Assembly: GCA_038046485.1 (NCBI GenBank)
Contig: JBBSWA010000031.1
Coordinates: 13,270-45,269, forward strand
Length of the DNA: 32,000 bases
Direction: 5' to 3'
Origin: Nanobdellota archaeon
GTDB lineage: Archaea > Nanobdellota > Nanobdellia > Woesearchaeales > SM23-78
The notes under the pieces were generated by a model, which was given only the letters and a program-made list of their open reading frames with translations, was not told the origin of the DNA and did no database searches. Positions within the stretch are counted from its first letter, which is position 1; the number at the start of each line of letters is the position of its first letter. A program made the translations under genes and the position numbers. Positions 1-7,780 of this stretch are shown here, piece after piece.

Positions 1-120
1 CTCTTGGACGGTCATAGCGGTCTGGTCCTACCCGATCCCATTCCGAACTCGGAAGTCAAGCAGACCCACGTTCCAAGGAGTACTTCATTAACGTGCGGGA
101 AACTTGGATCGCTGTCCACC
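1..120 (+). rRNA. 5S ribosomal RNA, apparently complete; the 5' end lies within the first few nt of the window
   Basis: Contains the conserved 5S core 'cccgatcccattccgaactcggaagtcaag'. A terminal helix forms between tggacgg (5-11) and ctgtcca (112-118, one G-U pair). A T-run (ttttct, 121-126) follows immediately. Confidence 0.85.
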
Positions 121-126
121 TTTTCT

Positions 127-690
127 TTAACGAATTTTGATGATCCCCAATAACGCTTTTTTCTTCTGTCTAGGATTCTTGAATTTGTACAGATACTGAT
201 TAAGCCCTTTTCTCACGCTTCGAGCACAGTCGTGGAACTTTCTTGCTTTTTTAAGCTGGTTCGGATCGTATATGAGCAGTAAATCAATTTTCACCGCGTA
301 GTCTCTATCCAAGCGCGTGTGCTCGTAAAAATGCCAGATGATATCACCAAACTCTGTCTTATATCTGTAAGATTGAGGAATGATCAGTTTTCCCTTTTTG
401 ATCTCAATTGTCCCGGCTTGAATATCATAATCATATCCGGAAAACTCGTCGTGACACACCCCTTTGCGCTTTGGATCGTAACGATCGGTTCCTGTTTTTA
501 GTACGATATTTGCCAATTTATTTAAGGTTAACTTTGGATGATCACTTGAACCTAATGCACGAAGAATATACTTTCCATCTGGAAAACTCTTTTCAATCAC
601 CTTATCGACTTTCTTTCCAAGCTTAACATAATCTGGTTTTTTCTTAATGTGATACTTAGGAAGATGCATTTCTATAACTTTGATAGACAT
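127..690 (-). CDS. hypothetical protein with no recognisable motif
   Basis: Long ORF. The track start at 753 is a GTG only 31 nt from the divergent gene. The ATG at 690 (MSIKVIEMHLPK...) has an A/T-rich box about 30-40 nt upstream, so I prefer it. The alternative is 127..753. Confidence 0.5.
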   Translation of the reverse strand: MSIKVIEMHLPKYHIKKKPDYVKLGKKVDKVIEKSFPDGKYILRALGSSDHPKLTLNKLANIVLKTGTDRYDPKRKGVCHDEFSGYDYDIQAGTIEIKKGKLIIPQSYRYKTEFGDIIWHFYEHTRLDRDYAVKIDLLLIYDPNQLKKARKFHDCARSVRKGLNQYLYKFKNPRQKKKALLGIIKIR

Positions 691-784
691 ACTCTTCAAA
701 TAGGAATGGCTGTTTATCAATATTTTTATCTCTGACTGCACTCTTTTCCGCACTCTTTTTATAGTTTGAATTATCTACTTCACC

Positions 785-1195
785 ATGCCTACGCACATTT
801 CAGCCGTTGAAGTCATGGTTTCTGACTTGAAAAAGGCTGTGAAATGGTATCAGGAGGTGCTCGGGTTTAACGTTGTGCAACGAAGTATACCTTATAAGAC
901 TGCGCAACTAAGTCTATCTACTGATCCTGTTGTACTCGATATTGGACAGCCCAACTCGGAATGGGGGCCACAAGGCTATCGACTTGGACAAAGTATGATC
1001 GGACGCGTTACCGGTATTACTTTACAGACGGACAACATCGAACGCCTCTGGAAACACATCCAACGGAAGAAGGGTGTGATTACGGAACCCCCCAGAAAAC
1101 GGCCTTGGGGAGAGATTCGCATGCGACTTAGCGATCTGGATGGAAATGAGATTACGATTGTTGAAGTTCTGAAGAAGACTAAGAAGGCCAAATAG
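785..1195 (+). CDS. VOC / glyoxalase-bleomycin resistance family protein
   Basis: N-terminal 'VSDLKKAVKWYQEVLGFNVV' and C-terminal 'DLDGNEITIVE' match the paired beta-alpha-beta-beta-beta module signature. A ttttatag box lies at 757-764, about 25 nt upstream of the ATG. Confidence 0.75.
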   Translation: MPTHISAVEVMVSDLKKAVKWYQEVLGFNVVQRSIPYKTAQLSLSTDPVVLDIGQPNSEWGPQGYRLGQSMIGRVTGITLQTDNIERLWKHIQRKKGVITEPPRKRPWGEIRMRLSDLDGNEITIVEVLKKTKKAK

Positions 1196-1230
1196 GAGCA
1201 TTTAATAATTAATCTGAATCACTCTGATTG

Positions 1231-2337
1231 ATGAAACTGGATGATTTTAAACTAGAAAGGTACTTTGCTAGATATGAGTTTAATGTCCGCCACACCCTTT
1301 GTGCGTCTGACTGTGAAAGCTTTTCAATCCATGAACTTTTATCTAAAAAAGAACTTTCCAAGTTTCTTGCGTTGAGGCTAAATTATACTGAATCTCAAGG
1401 AAACCCTGAATTAAGGAAAGAAGTATCTAAGCTATACACTCAGGTGAAGCCTGAAAATATCATTGTATGCACACCTCAAGAAGGTATCTTCATTGCCATG
1501 AATACCTTATTAAGCTCTGGCGATAAAATCATCGTTCAATCCCCATGCTATCAGTCCTTGTTTGAGATTGCCAAAGGCATTGGTTGTGAAGTTGTTCTTT
1601 GGAACCCTTCTGAAAACGATAAGGGTTGGCGTTGGGATATAGGTTCTCTTAAGGAACAGGTGGATTCCAAAACAAAACTTATCGTGGTAAACAGCCCTCA
1701 TAATCCCACAGGTTATTTGTTTTCCAAACAAGAATACCAAGAGATCATGAAGATTGCCCAGCAGAAAGGTTGTTATGTTTTCTCCGATGAAATGTATCGC
1801 CTCTTAGAATATGATATAAAAGACCGGTTGCCCAGCGGATCGGATGTCTATAAAAAGTGCATTTCTCTCTCAGGTATGTCAAAGACCTTTGGAATGCCTG
1901 GATTGCGGATGGGTTGGCTTTCTGTGCGAGATAAAGAACTCTTTAATAGGATCATGTCTTTCAAAGATTACACTACCATCTGTAATGGTGCTTTAAACGA
2001 ACAGGTAACGATTGCTGCGTTAAGGAAGAAGGATAAAATTATCAAGAGAAACCTGAAGATCATAAAAGATAACTTGAAGCTTCTAGATGCGTTCTTTTCA
2101 AAGTATCAAGATAAATTTAGCTGGACAAGACCCAAAGCAGGATCCATTACTTTTGTTGAAATAAAGTCTAATACAAACTCCTATGATTTCTGCGAAAACG
2201 TCGTTAAAAAAGCAGGAGTCATGCTGCTTCCTAGTACAGAATACTCTTACGGGGATCGCCATTTTCGGATTGGTTTTGGAAGGAAGAACATGCCTCAAGC
2301 TCTTGCCGCTTTTGAAGAATATTTAAAAAGGTTTTAG
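1231..2337 (+). CDS. PLP-dependent aminotransferase, class I/II
   Basis: Motifs 'NSPHNPTG' and 'SLSGMSKTFGMPGLRMGW' (PLP-lysine in SKTF). ATG at 1231; the track start at 1228 is TTG. Confidence 0.85.
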   Translation: MKLDDFKLERYFARYEFNVRHTLCASDCESFSIHELLSKKELSKFLALRLNYTESQGNPELRKEVSKLYTQVKPENIIVCTPQEGIFIAMNTLLSSGDKIIVQSPCYQSLFEIAKGIGCEVVLWNPSENDKGWRWDIGSLKEQVDSKTKLIVVNSPHNPTGYLFSKQEYQEIMKIAQQKGCYVFSDEMYRLLEYDIKDRLPSGSDVYKKCISLSGMSKTFGMPGLRMGWLSVRDKELFNRIMSFKDYTTICNGALNEQVTIAALRKKDKIIKRNLKIIKDNLKLLDAFFSKYQDKFSWTRPKAGSITFVEIKSNTNSYDFCENVVKKAGVMLLPSTEYSYGDRHFRIGFGRKNMPQALAAFEEYLKRF

Positions 2338-2795
2338 ATTAAGAATAAGACTCCAAAACCAACCAATAATCCTAGAATCACTCCAGCTGCTACGTCTTCT
2401 ATATAATGGCGCTTGAGATAGACTCGAGAGATGCAGACGGCAAATGTGAGTATGGCCAAAAAAAATTGCACGTAAAACCCAGTGAAATAAGACCCTAACA
2501 CGACGAGTAAACCCGCACTTCTTGCTGCGTGTAGACTCGGGAAGGATTCTTCGTCGACTTGAACTACTTTATTGATCGGCCAGATTTGGTCAAACCTTTT
2601 CTTCGGATCGAAATCCGGGCGATGCTTCTTGTAAAAAAACTTGATACTCAAGCCGATTGCAGTTGTAATTAAGATCATGAGGAATAGCTTAATGGATAAT
2701 TGCTCTTGCCCATTTAGGTAGGTGAATAGAGCTAAGACTAGAGAAAAAAAAATTGTTCCTAAACTACTGATGTGGCGAACGAACTTTTTGATCAT
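2334..2795 (-). CDS. PAP2-family membrane phosphatase (phosphatidic acid / undecaprenyl-diphosphate phosphatase type)
   Basis: All three PAP2 motifs are present: K(x6)RP 'KFFYKKHRP', 'PSLH', and 'SRVYLKRHYIEDV' (SRx5Hx3D). Multiple TM helices. Start overlaps the upstream gene (ATGA). Confidence 0.8.
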   Translation of the reverse strand: MIKKFVRHISSLGTIFFSLVLALFTYLNGQEQLSIKLFLMILITTAIGLSIKFFYKKHRPDFDPKKRFDQIWPINKVVQVDEESFPSLHAARSAGLLVVLGSYFTGFYVQFFLAILTFAVCISRVYLKRHYIEDVAAGVILGLLVGFGVLFLI

Positions 2796-3682
2796 TTTGC
2801 CCTCCAGACAATCTTTGCTATAAAAAAGCCTTCAGTTTGTGTTTTATGCGGCCATAACCTTCTGCATTTGCTTAGTTCTGGATTAAGCTTTTCCCCAAAG
2901 ACCTCCGTAAGACCTGGATCGCCAATTTCCAACTCTACTTTTTCTAGCTTTAGTTCAGGGTATTTTTTCAACAACCAGTCGATGTTCATTTCGTTTTCTT
3001 CGGGTTCTAATGTGCAGGTGGAATAGACCAAGACGCCGTCTTTCTTCAACACCTTGACAGCGGCTTTTAAGAGCTCCTTTTGTAATCGTGCACGCTCTTT
3101 AATCCCATCAATGGTTTTCTTCCCAAACCAATCCTTATCTGTGATGAAATTACCTGAACAGGGTGCATCGAGCAAAATCTTGTCAAACTTCATCTTGAAA
3201 TCCGGAATGAAACGAGCATCTTTCTTGTAAATGATCGAATTGGTAACCCCACAACGCTCCAAGTTGTTGCGCACTGAAACTAGGCGGTGCACATTCTCAT
3301 CCAATGCCATGATTACTCCTTTGTTTTTCATGTATTGCCCTATCTGAGTTGTTTTACTCCCTGGAGCTGCTGCCATGTCGAGCACGGTTTCGCCGGGTTT
3401 CGGATTTAAGACTTTGACAGGCAACTGGCTTGCCGCTTCTTGAAGGTAATAATACCCGATTAAGTATTCAGGTGTGGCACCCATGGAGAACTCGGCTTCG
3501 TACCAATACCCCCACTCCAAAAAAGGTATTTTTTCAAGCTTAACCCCTTCCTTTTTTAGACGCTTCACGATTTCCTCTTCCTGAATCTTTAACGTATTCA
3601 CTCGCAACGAAGGCCTTATTTCGATTGTCTCTGGATCAAAGTCAGCGCCGAGCTGCTTATACCGGTTCAGGAAGAAGTTCAT
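2792..3682 (-). CDS. NOL1/NOP2/Sun-family RNA cytosine-C5 methyltransferase
   Basis: SAM motif 'VLDMAAAPGSKTTQI' and catalytic Cys motifs 'LLDAPCSGNF' and 'YSTCTLEPEENE'. Confidence 0.85.
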   Translation of the reverse strand: MNFFLNRYKQLGADFDPETIEIRPSLRVNTLKIQEEEIVKRLKKEGVKLEKIPFLEWGYWYEAEFSMGATPEYLIGYYYLQEAASQLPVKVLNPKPGETVLDMAAAPGSKTTQIGQYMKNKGVIMALDENVHRLVSVRNNLERCGVTNSIIYKKDARFIPDFKMKFDKILLDAPCSGNFITDKDWFGKKTIDGIKERARLQKELLKAAVKVLKKDGVLVYSTCTLEPEENEMNIDWLLKKYPELKLEKVELEIGDPGLTEVFGEKLNPELSKCRRLWPHKTQTEGFFIAKIVWRAK

Positions 3683-3723
3683 GAGTAACGAGAGGAGAGC
3701 TTAGTATTAAAGGCTTATGGCAT

Positions 3724-3987
3724 TTATTGCAAGTATTCCTGGATTTCTTCCCTTTTCTTATGGTTTAGAGAAACGTGCAATCCGTACGAAGTTGGCTTTG
3801 GAACTAGAATTCCTTCTTGAATTAACTCTTCGATTGCTTCTTTTACACTGCCTTTGAAGTGACTCGGTAGACCTTTTCGAAGATTTTCAATGGCTGTATG
3901 CCGACCACCGATGTAACCATGATGGAAAAGTTTCTTAACGATAAAGCCTTTGAGTTGCTTTTTTTCCATTTCACTTGCGTCTATCAC
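3724..3987 (-). CDS. small hypothetical protein, possibly winged-helix-like
   Basis: 87-aa ORF, divergent from 4126. 'VKEAIEELIQEGILVPKPTSYGLHVSLN' resembles a wHTH recognition helix plus wing. Weak assignment. Confidence 0.45.
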   Translation of the reverse strand: MIDASEMEKKQLKGFIVKKLFHHGYIGGRHTAIENLRKGLPSHFKGSVKEAIEELIQEGILVPKPTSYGLHVSLNHKKREEIQEYLQ

Positions 3988-4062
3988 CTTTATTATAAAT
4001 CCGTGCGTCGGATTTTCGTATTTTTTCCGAGAAAAACAGAGGTTTTACGGGAAAAGCAAGTT

Positions 4063-4083
4063 CTTTTCGGCAAGCTCGAAAAT
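4063..4083. promoter_or_regulatory. inverted repeat cTTTTCG-N7-CGAAAAt abutting a TATA-like box; candidate operator
   Basis: cttttcg (4063-4069) and cgaaaat (4077-4083) are reverse complements. The box 'gctataaatag' (4085-4095) follows. Further TTTTCG copies lie at 4012-4018 and 4108-4114 (reverse). Confidence 0.3.
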
Positions 4084-4125
4084 TGCTATAAATAGTGTTA
4101 GTGATAACGAAAAGTATAAATACTA

Positions 4126-4458
4126 ATGATGTTTACTAGAATCATGGAAAAATCGGTTTTCATCCAAACCTTTGGGGACTATCCTTTGATTCGGATCTTA
4201 GACTTTTTGATCTACTCCCGAGACTTTGACTACCCCATCACCGAGATTGCCAAGAACTCCGGCGTGAACTTTCAGACACTGAAAAAGTTGTGGCCTCGAT
4301 TGGAAAAAGAGAAAATGGTGATTGCCACTCGGAAACTCGGAGGGGGCCAACTCTACAAGATCAACATACAGAATGTGGTTGTGAAGAAACTGATTGAGTT
4401 CAATGAGTTTTTGTGCTGGGGGAATGTAGGGGAGAAGAAGATAGTTGTTAATAAGTGA
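4126..4458 (+). CDS. winged-helix DNA-binding protein (putative transcription regulator)
   Basis: 'YPITEIAKNSGVNFQTLKKLWPRLEKEKMVIATRKLGGGQLYKIN' has an HTH plus beta-wing pattern. An alternative start at 4144 (MEKSV...) would be leaderless relative to the box at 4114-4121. Confidence 0.6.
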   Translation: MMFTRIMEKSVFIQTFGDYPLIRILDFLIYSRDFDYPITEIAKNSGVNFQTLKKLWPRLEKEKMVIATRKLGGGQLYKINIQNVVVKKLIEFNEFLCWGNVGEKKIVVNK

Positions 4459-4464
4459 ATATAG

Positions 4465-4553
4465 AGGACTTTGAATAACCCTGCATATAGTGTTCAAAGT
4501 CCTAATAGAGCGCTTTGAATCATTTTCGGAAATACAGTTATTCAAAGCTCTCT
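4465..4553. terminator. two tandem related palindromes in a convergent intergenic region; possible bidirectional terminator hairpins
   Basis: Hairpin 1: aggactttgaa (4465-4475) / ttcaaagtcct (4493-4503), 11/11 bp. Hairpin 2: agagcgctttgaat (4507-4520) / attcaaagctctct (4540-4553), near-perfect. Both stems share a CTTTGAA/TTCAAAG core. Confidence 0.4.
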
Positions 4554-4564
4554 ATAATCTATTC

Positions 4565-5713
4565 TTAATTATATAAAGGAATCAATACGCCATGCACACC
4601 GTTTGCGATGACCCTTGCTTTCCCTGTGTAGTTCTCCATTTCTTCTATTATATCATCGTTAAATGAATCATCTGCGGTTTTACCTGCAGGACCACATGCA
4701 GTCACTTGAGCTCGGTTCATAAAACGGTACGTCCCATGGAACAAACGGAACGGTGCATAAGGCTGGAAATACTCCAACTTTCCTAATGGCACTGTGATCG
4801 GCAAATTGTTTGACAGCCTATGTTGCAAGATAAGACCATAAGGCCTTTTTACATCGCAAACAGGTTTATTCCTTGAGCTGTTCTTAAGTTCTAGTGGATG
4901 TACTCCTTTAAGGTCAACAACCATCCCTTCTTCACCTGTTGCACCGATTAGATCGGGGAATACTAAGTGTTTCAAACCTCTTACATTATCTAAAAGCGAA
5001 AAAGACCGTGCTTCCTCTAATAACTTGAATGCCTTTATCTGGTAAAAAGAAAGAGGTTCCAAACCAAATTCGACTTGATAAGCCCATTCTCGCGAAACAA
5101 GACCTGAATTTACGATTTTGCTGTACATCTCTACAAGTTTATCCAACTCTTTAGAATTAGAAAGTTCTGAAGTTCGATGAAATGATTTATCCCAATTTCC
5201 ATCTGATTTTAATTTCGGTGTATGTGTGTAAAAATCCCCTCGGCCTTCCCCTCCAGAGTCTATATCAAAATAATCTACAAAAAGAGTCCTTTCCTCCCAT
5301 TTTGAGAAAGGATGCAGTAACATGGTCCCTCTCATCCTTGATTGTGATTGCTCCTGAACCAAGAAATGAAGTTTGGACGTATATGCACCGGAATCGTCTA
5401 CCATGAAGGCGTTCATTTCCGGCGTTTTCATTTCTCTTTCCATTTCTTTTATTGCTTTTTCAAGATCTGTAAAAGAATTTATGTTTTGGAGGGTAGGGAC
5501 TGCACCTACACACCCTCTCCAATCGGTCTTGTGCGATCCTCGTACGATGATGGGCTTTCTTAGCTTTTCAAACTCGCTTTTTATGGAACTTACATCTTGA
5601 CCTGCATATAAGAACGCAGAGCGCGGAATGGGGATTTTTAAGCCGCGTTCCAAGAACAGGCGTGTTGCTTCTAGTTTACTTCCTCCTCGATTGATCAGTG
5701 CATCGGTTAGCAT
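4565..5713 (-). CDS. hypothetical protein with a divergent PEP/pyruvate-binding (PPDK N-terminal, ATP-grasp-like) N-terminus
   Basis: 'NRGGSKLEATRLFLERGLKIPIPRSAF' and 'PIIVRGSHKTDWRGCVGAVPTLQNINSFTDLEKAIKEM' resemble the GGKxxNL...G..VP and VRSS...SFAG...T.LNV blocks of PF01326-type domains. No phosphohistidine swivel motif seen. A gtttaaaaac box lies about 26 nt upstream of the ATG. Confidence 0.55.
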   Translation of the reverse strand: MLTDALINRGGSKLEATRLFLERGLKIPIPRSAFLYAGQDVSSIKSEFEKLRKPIIVRGSHKTDWRGCVGAVPTLQNINSFTDLEKAIKEMEREMKTPEMNAFMVDDSGAYTSKLHFLVQEQSQSRMRGTMLLHPFSKWEERTLFVDYFDIDSGGEGRGDFYTHTPKLKSDGNWDKSFHRTSELSNSKELDKLVEMYSKIVNSGLVSREWAYQVEFGLEPLSFYQIKAFKLLEEARSFSLLDNVRGLKHLVFPDLIGATGEEGMVVDLKGVHPLELKNSSRNKPVCDVKRPYGLILQHRLSNNLPITVPLGKLEYFQPYAPFRLFHGTYRFMNRAQVTACGPAGKTADDSFNDDIIEEMENYTGKARVIANGVHGVLIPLYN

Positions 5714-5856
5714 TCAATAAAGAATTAGATATTGTTTAAAAACCTTATTCCTTATAAAACTTAAACTCTAATTCAGAATGGAAACAACTCTGCGTTCGTC
5801 TCGCCGTTGAAAATCATGTGTAACAAGACCATGCGAATGATCAAAAAGCACAGCAA

Positions 5857-6447
5857 CTATTCCTTTCCAGCTAGAGCAAGCGAGGCACCCATTGCCTGTG
5901 AATATGGCACTACGCGATCCAATCGAGCGTGAAACTGCCTTTTCTTAAGACATCCTCTCTGATCTAACTTAGCTAGATCATACCAATCTTCCATGGTTGT
6001 TGTTGAGTTTATAGGAACAGTTCCTTCTCCATTTTTCCACTCGACTCTGTTCCTTTCTACAGTGAACACGCCTGTTTTGTAAGAATCCCGGGCTACCTCT
6101 TGATGGCGCACAAACATACAAGGATCTTCTCCAGTGTATGCTGGAACACTTCCCCCAATATTTGGTAAAACATTTAGTGGCACAAATCCTAACAGGACTC
6201 CACACATGCTTTCTAAAGAAGGATCTTTCAGACGTTTGACGAGTTCCCGTGTTGTCATCCTTCTAAGCTTTCTTGAGTTTGCAGCTGCTTCCGTCTCTAC
6301 AGCTTGCTTTACTTTTTGGTTAAAGGCTCTATAGGTTCTTCTATAAACCCTTACAGCTTCCAACACCACTTCTCCTAAAGGTCGATCAGGTGTGCACACA
6401 ATCGTATAATTATTGTTGCACAGAACAATGCCCCCTGCACTCATCAT
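5857..6447 (-). CDS. hypothetical protein (orphan)
   Basis: 196-aa ORF with no motif recognised. Hand-counted 60-nt lines inside it are GC-richer than the flanks. An atataaat box (6474-6481) lies about 27-30 nt upstream of the ATG. Confidence 0.5.
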   Translation of the reverse strand: MMSAGGIVLCNNNYTIVCTPDRPLGEVVLEAVRVYRRTYRAFNQKVKQAVETEAAANSRKLRRMTTRELVKRLKDPSLESMCGVLLGFVPLNVLPNIGGSVPAYTGEDPCMFVRHQEVARDSYKTGVFTVERNRVEWKNGEGTVPINSTTTMEDWYDLAKLDQRGCLKKRQFHARLDRVVPYSQAMGASLALAGKE

Positions 6448-6653
6448 TAAAACATCGGTATCGTGGGTCTAGGATATAAATTTTTCTATGACGACAATGA
6501 GTTAAATGGAGCTCCGATAGTTTTATAAAGACCCTGGGGTTCCACCGACTTAGTATATAATACAAAAGCCTGACAAGGAACCCTTGCCAGTACGATTAAG
6601 ATATTACGTTCTTTCTCGTACAGTAAGTTAGCGGTTTTTCAGGCTCGAAGACA

Positions 6654-6777
6654 TTTGTTTAGCGTCTTCGAAACGCTTGATTTCAAACTTAAAGGTCCTG
6701 CTTCCCCGAGGGGGCATCCCCCGCAACGGACATGTAGAGACACTCTAAGGCGTTTCGACTTGAGGACGCTAAACAAA
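6654..6777 (+). promoter_or_regulatory. structured RNA element in the 5' leader of the uL3 operon
   Basis: Long-range helix: 6654-6666 pairs with 6765-6777 (13 bp) and 6668-6676 with 6750-6758 (9 bp). Inner pairs: 6688-6694/6743-6749 and 6695-6698/6728-6731. The core is CCCC-gag-GGGGG-cat-CCCCC (about 6704-6722), where the G-run can pair with either C-run. Confidence 0.45.
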
Positions 6778-6794
6778 CAACTAAGAGTTGAACA

Positions 6795-7778
6795 ATGCCT
6801 AAAGCGAAAAGACCTCGATTCGGAAGCATGGGAGTTTGGCCTAGAAAACGGGCTAACCGACCCTATGCACGCGTTCGAAGCTGGGCTAAAAAACCCACGG
6901 CAAGCTTCCTTGGTTTTCCAGGTTACAAGGCAGGTATGACCCACATCATTGTCACGGACACACGCAAGAACAGCATCACCAAGGGCCTTGAAATTTCCAT
7001 TCCCGCTACCGTCATTGAATGCCCCCCCATGCGCATCCTTCAACTCCGATTCTACCATAATACTTACGAAGGCCAAAATCCTGCCACCCAATTCTTCTTC
7101 AAAAGCGAACCTGAAGTTCAACGAAAAATTAATGTTCCTAAAAAAGCAGCCATTGCTGCTGACCTTGACAAGATCAAACTCGAAAGCTATACGGAGATGC
7201 GCGTTGTTGTTTACACTCAACCTAAACTTATTGGCTTGAAAAAGAAGCCTGAAGTCTTTGAACTCGCCCTTGGCGGAAAAATGGCCGATCAACTTGCTTT
7301 TGTGAAACAACACCTCGACAAGGACATTCTTGTAAAAGATATCTTCCAAGAAGGACATCTCTTAGACATCCATGCCGTTACCCGAGGAAAGGGATACCAA
7401 GGAAGCATCAAACGATTTGGAATCGGCCTTAAAATGCACAAGACTGAAAAAGGCATTCGAAGAGTCGGTACACTTGGAGGCTGGCAGGGACATGCACACT
7501 TCATTCACCGCGTAGCACATCCTGGACAAATGGGATACCACCAGCGCGTTCAGTATAATCTTCAAATCCTAAAAATCAGTGATAAACCTGAAGAGATCAA
7601 TCCCAAAGGTGGATGGCCTCATTATGGAGTTGTTACTAGTACTTATTTAGTTATCAAAGGCAGTATTCCTGGGGCTAAAAAAAGAATGGTCTTAATGACT
7701 CAAGCCATCCGCCCCACAAGGGACATTCCTCTTCCTACTATTGAACACATCAGCTTACAGAGTAAACAAGGACGATAA
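6795..7778 (+). CDS. rpl3: 50S ribosomal protein uL3
   Basis: 'PRFGSMGVWPRKRA' and 'GKGYQGSIKRFG' motifs. First gene of the canonical archaeal L3-L4-L23-L2 order. Confidence 0.95.
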   Translation: MPKAKRPRFGSMGVWPRKRANRPYARVRSWAKKPTASFLGFPGYKAGMTHIIVTDTRKNSITKGLEISIPATVIECPPMRILQLRFYHNTYEGQNPATQFFFKSEPEVQRKINVPKKAAIAADLDKIKLESYTEMRVVVYTQPKLIGLKKKPEVFELALGGKMADQLAFVKQHLDKDILVKDIFQEGHLLDIHAVTRGKGYQGSIKRFGIGLKMHKTEKGIRRVGTLGGWQGHAHFIHRVAHPGQMGYHQRVQYNLQILKISDKPEEINPKGGWPHYGVVTSTYLVIKGSIPGAKKRMVLMTQAIRPTRDIPLPTIEHISLQSKQGR

Positions 7779-7780
7779 AC

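Noticed and set aside
6654-6777. Possibility that the structured region upstream of uL3 is a tRNA or an intron-containing tRNA
   Set aside because: No cloverleaf can be drawn. There is no GTTC-type T-loop and no D-loop. The 22-bp closing helix is far longer than an acceptor stem.
6639-7358. 239-aa minus-strand ORF, plus the plus-strand ORFs at 6655-6939 and 6949-7239, overlapping the uL3 leader and gene
   Set aside because: They lie antisense or out of frame to a confidently identified uL3 gene and to a non-coding structured leader. Their composition is low-complexity shadow-ORF-like and I recognised no motifs.
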